From contig OZ024744.1 in assembly GCA_964016885.1 (NCBI GenBank), positions 88,784,001 to 88,848,000 on the forward strand: 64,000 nt of DNA, read 5' to 3'. The notes below the pieces were generated by a model. That model worked only from the letters and a program-made list of their open reading frames with translations, did not search any database and was not told the DNA's origin. Shown one piece after another: positions 13,048 to 25,421 of the stretch (its first letter is position 1; each line of letters starts with the position of its first letter). The DNA comes from Eledone cirrhosa (Eukaryota). A program made the position numbers and the translations under genes.

Positions 13048-15090
13048 ATAATTGTTTCATTTATTGGCCACAAGGGCCGACATATAGCGGAGAATACACA
13101 AGACAGGGACAGTGGGGATTTTACACAAAATTCGAGTAAACAATATAAAAAACAATAGCAATAAACAAGGACAATACAACAATCAAAATTCCCCAATAGG
13201 GAGAATAACCCCAGGGTTGATTCAGGCACCCCACCAATTCTGAACCACCCGACGCTTCGCGGGCATCCTTCTCTTCCTCAAATTAACCAGCCTCAGATGC
13301 ATGCTCAAAGTAGACCCATTCACATGGGCCATTCTCGCCACATTCACCCACCTTTTAGCTAATTTACCGGGGAGCAACACTTTTCTCTACACCCTCACCT
13401 TCCTTTCCAAGTGAAGGCCGAAGAGAAAAGTGTATGTCTTCAGTTCTTTCAACCTGGTCCACCATACAACCTCTTTTGCTACTGCCATTAGACAGAGGAA
13501 AATTGCCTGCCCTACCTGGCCAAAAGAAGGCGGCGGCTCGATCTTCACTATGGATTCGGCCGATAGCCGGATTCGTTCTACAATCGACAACAGCTGTTCG
13601 ACATAACTCCACAAGACGAGTGCGTGCAGAATGGTTTTGTCGTTCTGCGTGCATCTCGGACACAGGTTTATCTCGAACCGGCAGTGCTCCCCGGTAGTAC
13701 TGCCAAATGAGTGATATCTGGAAATTATCCATAGTCCTCCGGCTCGAAAGTCCTCTGGAACAGACTGATCCTTTGCAAGTGCATCATCGCACTGCCCACC
13801 CATAATCCTCTATAGAATTCTAAAGTGGAAGTTCTACTGACCGCATTGCCTGCTTGGTAGTGAGCAGTGATCGCCTGGCAACATTTTAGATGCCAGCTGC
13901 CCAATCTCGGTCACTTCTTGACCCAGGATTGCAGCTCAGTCAGAGAGATGATCTGCGGAAAGACCTGTCTTACAAACGGCGACTACACCTGTTCACCGTT
14001 TAGGCAGAAAATCTAGGGATGCTACAGTTTCAGCGCATGTTTGCGAATCATTAGCCACGGCATGTCCAGCTCTCCATGTAGAGGTTGATGTCAGAAAATG
14101 GACCGCCTCACCAACGGAACCTGTCCCCTCCACAAGAAGTTGAAGAAGACCTGTCCAATTTGGCGAGGCGCGAATAGGGGTAAGGCACGAATGTCAAGTG
14201 GTAGAGATGGCGGACTTGATGTACGCGTTCGCCAGCTCCACCCGACCTTTCAGGAACAGCTTCCTCTCGGTCCATTTGTGGAAAAGAGTAGCCTCACTGC
14301 TCTTTACCTCGTCCAAGTTCTCATCCACCTGGAGGTCTGGTCCAAACCAGACACGCAACAACTTCGCCGGTCCGTCTGTCAAGCGTCCGACGACGCTGTT
14401 GAACAGCATGGATTCGCCTCTCCATTGACCGAGCTGCAAACGCACACAAGATTCTGAGTTGATTTTTGCTCCCGTCAACCTCTCAGATGCCACTAAAAGG
14501 TTGCCGATTACCTAAATTCCCGAGATTTTTACACCAACATGATGTCGTCTGCATCTGCTGACGCAGTTCTTCCACGTCCCGGTTCGAGCAAAGTTCCCTG
14601 CAACAGCTCAAAATTCTACAGTAGTGGCTCGAGAGTCAATACGTATAAAAAGGGAGGAGAGAAGGCGTCCTTGACAGACCCAGCGCGTGATCTGGAACGG
14701 TTCCGATAGATAGCCGTTGACTTTGAACACCAATCAGATGCCACTGTGCATTGCAGGGATCCAACTTCTGAAGACGGAACCGAAGCCGTCTGCGTTGAGA
14801 AGAGCGTCCAGGTATCGATGGTCGATCCAATCGAACACTTTCGGTTGATCGAAATTAAAGAGATACCCCCCCCCCCCCCCCTCCAGCTCATTATCTTCCC
14901 ACTCATCGGTGTATCGCATGAGGTGGAGGTAGTCGTGGATATCTCTGTTTTTATTTGCGCAATCTGAAATATTTCTACCAAACAAATGACGAAAAATACC
15001 AAACTCTTTGCTAACACCTTGGCCAAAATCTTAAACTCTGCTTTTGGTCGAACTATGGCCCGGAAAGTGTCCAGTTTGTCCTTCTTGTTT
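13048..15090 (-). mobile_element. Tx1-clade LINE copy B, 5'-truncated and heavily decayed, ATT-tailed
   Basis: Fragments FDQPKVFDWIDHRYL, KLLRVWFGPDLQV, WQYYRGALPVRDK and VAKEVVWWTRLK. 3' end GGCCCTTGTGGCCAATAAATGAAACAATTATTAT. Confidence 0.9.
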
Positions 15091-15276
15091 GTTTCTCTCC
15101 TTCAGGTGCGCTAACCCCAACAGGCATCAAAGAGCTTCTGAAGAGCGGAAATCATGTCATATACTAATATAACTATATGAATATTATTCATTTAAAGAAC
15201 TTGAGAAAAACTGATTGTCATTGTTTTCGCTGTTTTTTTAGGAAATACCCTCCTCTCTTTCTCTATCTCTCCCTCT

Positions 15277-15346
<70 letters not shown>

Positions 15347-15364
15347 CACTACTACTACTACTAT

Positions 15365-15426
<62 letters not shown>
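15277..15426. repeat. (ACT)n microsatellite
   Basis: Directly visible. Confidence 0.97.
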
Positions 15427-15436
15427 TATATATACA

Positions 15437-16047
15437 TATATGTGTTTCAAATCGTAAGGGACCAGATTCGCTAAGGTGAAAAGAATACTAACTAGACAAT
15501 AGGGTTTGCCTGACTCAATTTAAGAATAAATCACGAAAATAAATACAAACCAGAATTGTGGTAACTACCAATCACCCAGACAACTTTTGGTACTGCTGTT
15601 TCGCAAAATTAATTGTGAATAGGAATGCCAATTCCTGCTCATCAGTGGGTGAAGAATTAGTATCCTAGACACTTCTAAGTATATTAAGGAACTGAATAGT
15701 GTGCGTATATATAACAATGCACATGGTATATTAGCGTGTCTCACAAACTTACACCACTAAAAATAGCAGCCAGGTTTATTCGACATTTGAATTAGCTCAA
15801 CAAATTAACGGAGCCGAATATATCAAAGGTATATATTGATGAGCAAGAATTGGCATTCCTATTCACAATTAATTTTGCAAAACAGCAGTACCAAAAGCTG
15901 TCTGGGTGATTGATAGTTACCACAATTCCGGTTTGTATTTATTTTCTTGATTTATTCTTAAATTGAGTCAGGCAAACCCAATTGTCTATAGTTAGTGTTC
16001 TTTTCACCTTAGCGAATCTGGTCCCTTACGATTTGAACACATATATG
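15437..16047. mobile_element. Fold-back element, ~210-bp arms with a hammerhead-like motif (Penelope pLTR-derived)
   Basis: 15437-15645 is the reverse complement of ~15836-16047. Minus strand 15591-15648 reads CTGATGA-GCA...TGC-GAAA-CAGCAG-TA. Confidence 0.75.
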
Positions 16048-16169
16048 TATATGTCTGTGTTCGTCTTTCTTTTATATTCAATTATAATATACGGCTCGGA
16101 AGAATCTCTTTCCTAGAGCTATTTTATTGTAAGAGACTATTTTGAGTTTCTAACTCAATATATACCTTT

Positions 16170-16224
<55 letters not shown>

Positions 16225-16766
16225 AGACAATGGAGAGTGTCTACATTTTAAAGAGAATCTAAATACATCCGTTTCCTGAATAAATGTTCGATTGTCTTCT
16301 CAACTAGCTCTTTATATATTACGAATAAAGTCATTTTACTAATTTCTTTGGTTAGTGAGGTGGCGTCTTAAGTTACACTTAAGTTACCAGACGCCATTTT
16401 GAACTTACTCGTAACCAACAAATTGGTTATGTCTCCGAGTTCGATTAGAAGTGCTCTCTAACCAAATGAAAAATCTCTAGTTCAACTTCAGTTTATTCGT
16501 TCAGATGAACAACAAAACATATACTCATATATGTATTTCCCCTCATTTGATTAACTACAAGTCTTTTAGAATGTCGAATAGTTTTATTTTATTGTTCTGG
16601 GATGTTTGAGCACATTTCTTTTATCTATTTATTTATTTATTTTATTTTTCTTTGTTTGTTTTGTTTCTTTTTGTTTGTATGAGTAATATCACTTACAGAT
16701 CTAAATTTTATGCTTTCTATTAACTAAACACTTATCAAATATATGTTGTTTACTGATGTTGTTTAC

Positions 16767-16823
16767 AGAAACTAGAAACTAGAAACTAGAAACTAGAAAC
16801 TAGAAACTAGAAACTAGAAACTA
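16767..16823. repeat. (AGAAACT)n heptamer tandem repeat
   Basis: About 8 consecutive units. Confidence 0.95.
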
Positions 16824-17027
16824 GATTTTTCTACTTGTTGGTATCTACTTACTGCTAGATTAATTGGAGTATTTGGAACGAGATGCCGTGTCCAAGCAGC
16901 GCTTTCGACAATATTTAAAAAAAACAATTCGGACTTGTACTGGATCCCAGCATTGTTGACATATAACTACCACTTCTCAACTGATGCTACATAGCAGCAG
17001 ATGAAGATTTTGGTTGGGATGTTTCCA

Positions 17028-17277
17028 TCTATATACTACTAAAACTCTGTCATTGCTTGCTTGCTTGCTTGCTGCTTTCTTCCTTGTCTGTAATGTAATA
17101 CAGCCAAAAAGGGCGCATAATGGGGAAATACTTTGAAAGGAAGTTGACCCTGAAATGGGAATATAAATGGAATAAAACAAGTTTCGCATGAATCGAAACA
17201 CGGGTTCCGAGATATGAGGTTTTTCCGGGTACCTTCATAAACAGAGAGAGAGAGAGAGAAAGAGAGAGAGAGCGCGA

Positions 17278-17308
<31 letters not shown>

Positions 17309-17406
17309 GGGGAAAGAGAGAGAGAAAGATGGTGAGTAAGAGATAGTGGTGGTGACAGAGTAGATTGAAAGACAGAGAGAGAGAGGGAGAGGAGACAGAG
17401 AAGGAG

Positions 17407-17438
<32 letters not shown>

Positions 17439-17748
17439 CTAGTGGTGTTGTTGTGTATATATATATATATGTCAGTGTGTGTATATATATATGTGTGTGT
17501 GTGTGTGTATGACCAGTGTATATAGATTACAGACACCCACATACACACACACACATACAATAATATATATATACACACACATTTTTTTTATATACATACA
17601 CACGTATATATATGGGCCTTCCAGTTTCATTTCACATCATATACATGTCTGTGTATATTTTAATTATTTAAAGATTATTTTTAAATGAACATGAGTTTTT
17701 AAAAATATTTTGAAGTGAACTTGACCCAACGGGTCCCGGGTGGTCTAG
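17028..17748 (+). mobile_element. Non-autonomous Helitron
   Basis: A|TCTATATACTACTAAAA 5' end, subterminal hairpin GACCCAACGGGTC, CTAG|T 3' end, no TSD. A second copy follows. Confidence 0.8.
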
Positions 17749-18006
17749 TTAAAAATAAACGCTAAGTAAACGTAAAGTAAACATTTCATTCATTTTGGTA
17801 AGATGCTCTCTAGAAGAGAGACACAAAAGTCAGGCAATTAATATCACACTACTGATACAATATTAGGGTTTACTATCCTTCCTTGACTCTTCACAACACT
17901 ATATGTATTTATTTATGTTCCCACACCCTTATTTCGGACATATTATAAGTCAATTCATTGATAAATACTTTGTCATCATGTATTAATTAAAATGATCAAA
18001 GATAAT

Positions 18007-18214
18007 ATAGATATATTAGTAAAAGTCTGTGATTGCTTGCTTGCTTACATGCTTGCTTGTCTGTAATGTAATATAGCCAAAAGGGCGCATAATGGGGAAA
18101 TACTTTGAAAGGAAGTTGACCCTGAAATGGGAATACAAATGGAATAAAACAAGTTTCGCGTAAATCGGACCACGGGTTCCCGAGATAGACGGTTTTCTGG
18201 GTACCTTCATAAAC

Positions 18215-18312
<98 letters not shown>

Positions 18313-18486
18313 GATGGGAAGAGATAGTGGTTGTGAGAGAGTATATTGAAAGAGAACCATAGAGAGGGGGAGAGGAGACAGACAAGGAGAATGGATGAGA
18401 GCTGGTGGTGTTATTGTGTATATATATATGTGTGTGTGTATATGTGTGTGTGTGGCTATGACCAGTGTATATAGATTACAGACACC

Positions 18487-18578
<92 letters not shown>

Positions 18579-18743
18579 CACATACATATATATATAGAAA
18601 AAAAGATGAAATCGAAAATGCAACTGGAGTCTTATTTTTTTTTAAAATATATATATTTATTTGGTTCCTTTACCGGTTTCGCAGTTCTTCTACTTTTCAA
18701 AAGTAGAGTTGAGATGGAGGGTCTGTAGTTTTTCTCACATCTG

Positions 18744-18776
<33 letters not shown>

Positions 18777-18969
18777 ATGTATAGATATACATACATTTAT
18801 ATATATACATACACACACGTATATATATATATGGGCCTTCGAGTTTCATTTCAGATTATATACATGTCTGTGTATATTTTAATTATTTAAAGATTATTTT
18901 TAAGTGAACATGATTATTTTTTTTAATATTTTGAAGTGAACGTGACCCAGCGGGTCACAGGTAGTCTAG
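18007..18969 (+). mobile_element. Non-autonomous Helitron, same family as 17028-17748
   Basis: Collinear homology, hairpin GTGACCCAGCGGGTCAC and CTAG|T end. It carries ~130 bp of extra sequence near 18595-18740. Confidence 0.8.
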
Positions 18970-19289
18970 TAGATACTAAAAATATAAGGATAAAATATGA
19001 GTTATGACTTACTTGAAAGGAAAAAAATATCTAGCTGATAAATACGCAAGTAGTATTAAAACATAACACCTTTGATTGCAATGATAAGTATATCACTAAA
19101 GAAATAGTATATCTTTGGTAAAGCTATGCAATGACCATCTTCTATATATAGCTAGCATAAAGCTTCTTAAGAATGAAGATCTAATAGATTCCTTAGAGTT
19201 AAAAATACTGTACTAATTCATTTAAACATTTCGATACAACTTTGGAGTTATGATAAAACAACGGGAAATATTTGATATAATTATATAAC

Positions 19290-19401
19290 TGTTTCTACTT
19301 TTGGCACAAGGCCAGCAATTACCCAATGCATTACTGGTACTTTATTCTATCGACCCCGGAAGGATGAAAGGCAAAGTTAACCTCGGCGGGATTTGAACTC
19401 A
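19290..19401 (-). mobile_element. SINE family 2, 5'-truncated, 16-bp TSD
   Basis: TSD GATATAATTATATAAC at 19274-19289 and 19402-19417. Confidence 0.85.
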
Positions 19402-19436
19402 GATATAATTATATAACATTAATATATACGTAAGTC

Positions 19437-19509
19437 CTTACGGGGTCGATAAAATAAAGTACCAGTAATGCACTGGGTAATTGCTGGCCTTGTGCCTAAA
19501 GTAGAAACA
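19437..19509 (+). mobile_element. SINE family 2, 5'-truncated, 19-bp TSD
   Basis: TSD ATTAATATATACGTAAGTC at 19418-19436 and 19510-19528. Confidence 0.85.
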
Positions 19510-19642
19510 ATTAATATATACGTAAGTCATAATCATGTTTGCACACACAAAATAAAACATTATAAATATGTTATAGTTATCTGTAACAAATAAAACATTA
19601 TAAATATATATTTAAGAGACATGTGGCTAAGCATTATAAATT

Positions 19643-19746
19643 AACCCGCCGAGGTTAACTTTGCCTTTCATCCTTACGGGGTCGATAAATTAAAGTACCA
19701 GTAATGCACTGGGATAATTGCTGGCCTTGTGCCAAAAGTAGAAACA
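19643..19746 (+). mobile_element. SINE family 2, 5'-truncated, 10-bp TSD
   Basis: TSD ATTATAAATT at 19633-19642 and 19747-19756. Confidence 0.85.
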
Positions 19747-20246
19747 ATTATAAATTTGGGGAAAAAAGTCAAGCTTAAAATATATGAACGTAGCATTGAT
19801 CTTCGCACCAGGGTTAGAGAATGTCAGAATATATTAAATCACATATAGATATGACCGCTCAAACGCATGTATGCTGTTCAATTAACATAATTTTAGCAGT
19901 CAAAATAAAACAATCCTGCAAAACCTCTACAAAATTTCTGCGGAGAAAAACCATATCTATCGCCATATAGCTATTGTAGATAAAGCTTTAAATATGCCTC
20001 TGTAGATATGTATTTATGCAAGTCTGGCTATAAGATCGGTTTGCGTGCGTAATTATTTGTATATATTTGATGAATGAAGATGAAATTACGAAATAAAAGC
20101 AACAAAATATAAGTATCCGTTTTCACAAATACATATGTGATGGCTCAAGATATAGCATATTATAAGGCAGAAATTAACGAGAATAATATTAAATGAAAAA
20201 AACAAAGTTGCCTCTGATTGAGACGAAGCGAGTGTGTGTATTAGAA

Positions 20247-20469
20247 TACATATAAAACTGGGAAAACTCATTGCTAGAAGAGCCGTTAAGACAGCGATGG
20301 GTAAAAATGCCTCAGAGGACTGAGACCAGAGGCTAGTGGATTCTCTCTCTGTTGATCACTAGCCGCTGGTCTCTGTCCACAAAGGCATTTTTGCCCATCG
20401 CTGTCCTTGACAACATTTAGCTATTTTAAGGGCTCTTCTAGCGATGAGTTTTCTCATTTTTTATATGTA
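20247..20469. mobile_element. Palindromic MITE-like element
   Basis: Near-continuous hairpin centred at ~20348: GAAAACTCATTGCTAGAAGAGCC/GGCTCTTCTAGCGATGAGTTTTC and GACAGCGATGGG/CCCATCGCTGTC. Confidence 0.7.
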
Positions 20470-20477
20470 AAAATAAT

Positions 20478-20690
20478 ATTTCTAGCTTACGCAAAAGGCT
20501 AGCAATTTTAAAAGAGAGGAAGTCAATTAAATCAATGCCAGTACTGAATTGGTACTTTTTTAATCGACCCTGGAAGAATGAAAATCAAAAGTTGACCTTG
20601 ATAGGACTTGAATTCAGATGTAAATACTCGAACAAGAATGACACAAATCATTTTGTTCTACACTCTAACTATTCTTCTAATACACCACTC
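20478..20690 (-). mobile_element. SINE family 2, old diverged copy
   Basis: GGTACTTTTTTAATCGACCCTGGAAGAATGAAAATCAAAAGTTGACCT..TTGAATTCAGA. Confidence 0.6.
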
Positions 20691-21296
20691 TGAATAATAA
20701 CATCGTGATTTCTGGTTTGCAAGTTTGTATAATAGTTGCCTAAAAGATTATTTTATAATAAGTATAACTGTTTATCTTTTTCCTGCCTCTAATTTTTTTT
20801 TTTTTTTTTTGTTACAAAGCATCAAGGGGAATTGAGGTGGTAGTAGAGTATCACTAAAGTTGCGAGCATGTTCTTAAGTGTCATTCGAATATGCAAGTGG
20901 CAAGATGTCCGCCTATTTTCACCTCCCTGTCAAATACGCCATAATAATATAGAAAAGGTGAATGACACAACATGTGCAACAGAAAATTACAAATACACAA
21001 AAAAACTTTATGAAAAATTGATGCCTACAGAAATTAATGCTGTCTGTGTTGGTTACGTCTTTATTATCTATGGAACTCTTACTCGTCTAACATGATTTCT
21101 TCATAACATGGTCTCTCACTGACACATACACACACACACGTACACATTCACATTCACATAACCACCCACACATTCTCGTATTCACACTTACTCATATATA
21201 CATATGCTAACACAACACATATATTTGCATACACATGCAAAACGTCGCACTCACACTACTTGTCTTAGTTACTACTTCTCTAAAGACTTTGCTTAA

Positions 21297-21581
21297 CCCT
21301 TTAGCGTTTAAACAGGCCATATCCAGCCAGAAGTCTCTCACACCTTTCTATTCAAACCAGCAGTAACTCATACTGATGTTAAGGTATTGTTCTCAAAATA
21401 AATAACATCAAAATCTCATAGATTCGATATTATGTGAGATAATTATGTGAAGTAAAGCCTTTACCACAAAAATACGATAGTATATATAGAGTAATTGTTT
21501 CTACTTTAGGCACAAGGCCAGCAAATACCCAGTACGTTACTGGTACTTTATTTTATCGACAGTAATGTAAATGTTAAAGGG
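21297..21581. mobile_element. piggyBac-type MITE containing a SINE family 2 3' fragment
   Basis: TTAA|CCCTTTAGCGTTTA ... TAAATGTTAAAGGG|TTAA. The SINE tail lies at ~21493-21560. Confidence 0.75.
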
Positions 21582-21715
21582 TTAACAAATTATGCCTGGG
21601 TTGGAGGGAAATGGATGGGAGTAGATGAACAAGTTGAGAAGTTTGGAGTTTAGTTCAATATTTATTTGGATTGTTGGCTATGTGCGGTATTTTCCTGATG
21701 GTATTTTAATTTTCT

Positions 21716-21918
21716 CTACTACTACTACTACTACTACTACTGCTACTACAACTACTCCTCCTGCTGCTGCTGCTGTTGCTACTGCTGCTGCTGTTGCTGC
21801 TGCTGTTGCTACTACTACTACTGCTTCTGCTGCTACAACTACTACTACTACTACCACCACCACCACCACTACTACTACTACTATCACCACCACTACCACC
21901 CCCACCATCACCACCACC

Positions 21919-21972
<54 letters not shown>

Positions 21973-22010
21973 GCTACTACTACTGCTACTACAATTACTA
22001 CTCCTGCTGC

Positions 22011-22043
<33 letters not shown>

Positions 22044-22104
22044 TACCACCACCACCACTACTACTACTACTATCACCACCACTACCAACCCCACCACCAC
22101 CACC

Positions 22105-22149
<45 letters not shown>

Positions 22150-22156
22150 GCTGCTG

Positions 22157-22206
<50 letters not shown>

Positions 22207-22220
22207 GCTGCTGCTGTTGC
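21716..22220. repeat. Compound (ACT/GCT/ACC)n trinucleotide repeat
   Basis: Directly visible. Confidence 0.95.
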
Positions 22221-22292
22221 TTCTATTAATGCATTGTCTACTGGGTCTATTTCTTATGTTTTCTATGTATTGCAAGTCCAGTGGTATTTCAC

Positions 22293-22425
22293 GGTTTGAG
22301 TTCAAATCCCACCGAGGTTAATTTTGCTTTTCATCCTTTCGGGGTCGTTAAAATAAAGTACCAGTAATGTATTAGTGTTAGTATAATCAAAGTTTACTTC
22401 CCCACAAATTGCGAATTAAATATCA
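22293..22425 (+). mobile_element. SINE family 2 fragment
   Basis: TGAGTTCAAATCCCACCGAGGTTAATTTTGCTTTTCATCCTTTCGGGGTCG. Confidence 0.75.
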
Positions 22426-22663
22426 TTATCATAATCATCATCATCATCATCATAACTATCATCATCATCATCATCATCATCGTCGTCCTCATCATCGTCA
22501 TCATCATCCTCATCATTATCATCATAACCATCATAATCATCATAACCAACATCATCTCTCATCATCCTCAAAACCATCATTATCACCATCATCATCATCA
22601 TCATTATCATCATCATCATCATCATCATTGCAGCACGGTCGTCACTATCATCATCATCATCAT
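22422..22663. repeat. (CAT)n microsatellite
   Basis: Directly visible. Confidence 0.95.
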
Positions 22664-22895
22664 TGCATGGTATGTGCTGGCGGAGAACGTGATGGTGACA
22701 CAAAATAATAATAAGCTGTTGAGTGGGGTTTGCAAGGAAATTCACATTCTGATGTTCCCCAAATTCCACAAAATTATTCCGAATGTCTCACCAACAGATC
22801 TGCCAACCTCTAAAAACCCCAAACGAGGACTGCCTTGAAAACATGTGCCTCAGAACCGGAAGAAATGAGGCAAAATGTGGAGATTTTTACATAAT

Positions 22896-23328
22896 TGTTT
22901 CTACTTTAGGCACAAGGCCAGCAATTACCCAGTGCATTACTGGTACTTTATTTTATCGACCCCCGTAAGGATGAAAGGCAAAGTCAACCTTGGCGGGATT
23001 TGAACTCAGATCGAAAAGGGACGTAACTATGCTGGAAAGCATGGCGTCCGACCCTCCACCGATACTGCCAATCCACCGCCCTGGTGGAGATTTTTACATA
23101 ATGGTTTCTTATATAGGCACAAGGCCAGTAATTTTTTTTGGGGGGGGGAGGAGAAAGTCGATTAAATCGACCCCAGTGCGTGACTGGTACTTTATTTTAT
23201 CGACCCCATAAGGATGAAAGGCAAAGTTAACCTCGGCGGGATTTGAGCTCAAATCATAAAGAGCCGTAACTCTATGCTGCAAAGCATGGCGTCCGACCCT
23301 CTACCGATACTGCCAATCCACCGCCCTG
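22896..23328 (-). mobile_element. Two full-length SINE family 2 copies in tandem at one target site
   Basis: Copies at 22896-23083 and 23103-23328 are separated and flanked by three copies of GTGGAGATTTTTACATAAT. Confidence 0.9.
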
Positions 23329-24233
23329 GTGGAGATTTTTACATAATGAAAGCTATACCTATTTTCACAGGAGATGACATCTCTCACCCACTCCAAATTG
23401 GGTGGGAGATCTCCGCGTCAAACCGAGACTGGTCTGCACTGATAGCGTCTGCGGAAAGAAGAAGCAAATAGACCAGTGACACTGAACAGGATCCTCAATT
23501 GCTATGTGTGACAGTAAGAACCATTTGAGAGCTTTCTCCCAAGATAACCTGAATAAACAGAAAAATAAAGTAAGCTAAAGATGTGCAGAAATGTGTAACC
23601 CAAAAAACTTCTGTTTCCAGAGCAGTGCAAAACACAGCTTTGAAGATAACAAGAGGACAAACAACCTCATCCTCAGTGCTAGATGTCCACGACAAAGAAA
23701 ACAAAGCAAACTTCGTCCATTAGTAATACTTCATCGTTTTTCATGTAAAGGCAAGGAACAAATGAAGGCTGAAAAAGATAGGTAAATTATCGTAGAAAGC
23801 AAAAGGTGCAATAGAACCCAAACATCATGCGTGTAAAATGGTTGAAGTTGAAGAGTGATACCGTTCTTCTCAGGATCACATGGGATACATGGTTATTTGA
23901 AGTACCATCTTGATCCTGGTACATCTAACGAACGACATAAAGAGGAAGATGCGCTGATTGAGGTACAAGAAATAAGATCAGAATTCAATAGTCACTTATA
24001 TGGTAAACTATTGGTGAAAACCATATCTATAGTCATGAATAGCTGAACCTATCCTGTCTAATTAGTAGGATGTTTCTTTTTTTTTGTTTGTTTGTTTGTT
24101 TGTTTGTTTTGTCATTTTACCTCTTCCAATACTAAGAATGATCGCAATAACTTTTAGATACACCATTTTCCAGTACCTGAAGTAGATGGTCTCAGTTCTG
24201 GGATGTTCTGATCCATCCACGAGTTGTGTGTGT

Positions 24234-24332
<99 letters not shown>

Positions 24333-25197
24333 TGCGTGTTTGTGCGAGCGTATGTGCTTGTATTCTTGTGTGTGTGTGAGTGTGTGTGTGTGTGTATGAA
24401 GGACAGAATTTGATGTGAAATATACAAGAATGTGTGAAGATTGTGGATATGTGTGGTGGAGGGCGGTGTATGTGTTGTGCGTACGTGTTGTTGGCTAATA
24501 GTAATCTGTGTGGGTGTTTCTTGTGTATAGGTGCCGTGTGAGTATGTAGTGTGTCTGACGTGTACTTTGCGTAGTAATGGTATGTGGAGGAATGAGAATA
24601 CATCTACACACAAAAATTCCACAACCCAAAGCATCAGCACCTACTGTATATATACATACAGAAAACACCACATACATGCATTCACGTGTAGATCACACCT
24701 ACTTGCACCCTTCACATACTTACACGCTTATGCAATAGACTACAATAAAATGCATCGCAAATATATACACACACCACGACAACTACAAACAAATTAAAAC
24801 ACATACACACACATACACACTCATATACTTACTCACACACATACAAATACATCTTGCATACAGCAGATACGTGCACTTACATCTATATTCATTTATTTTG
24901 TCTCCCTTAAATAATTTCGCTTATGACTCTCATAATGGAATGGCTCTTCTAGTGCATCCTCCCTTACCATCCTCCAGGGAAACGCCTTCTCCATTCTGTC
25001 CGTTGGGGCTGTGGGTAGGCCAGCACGTGGCACCCCGTTCGCTCACTATACAGAGAGATGGGGAGGGCGTGAGAGATGGGAGCGATGACGATGGGAGTTC
25101 GGTTCTTCCGTGTTCGGACATATTGCACTCGTCAAGAGTGTATTTTCATAACAGATAGAAAGAGATTGAATGAAGGAACTAAATAGACTCTCATAAT

Positions 25198-25421
25198 GGT
25201 TTCTGATTTAGGCACAAGACCAACAATTTTAGGGGAGAGAATAGTCGATTAAGTCGACCCCCCCCCCCCCCCACTGCATTACTGGTATTTTATCTACCCC
25301 CTAAGGATGAAAGGCAAAGCTAACCTCGCCGGGATTTGAACTCAGAGCGTAAAGGGCCGTAACTCTGTACTGTAAAACATATTGTTCGACGCTCTACCGA
25401 CTCTGCTAATCCACGGCCCTT
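25198..25421 (-). mobile_element. SINE family 2, full length
   Basis: Same body as the 23103 copy. TSD ACTCTCATAAT at 25187-25197 and 25429-25439. Confidence 0.85.

Noticed and set aside
21625-22769. Mucin-like poly-Thr and poly-His ORFs
   Set aside because: Trinucleotide repeats are open in several frames on both strands, with no exon context.
23350-24060. Unique-looking sequence with short ORFs
   Set aside because: No recognisable motif or consistent exon structure.
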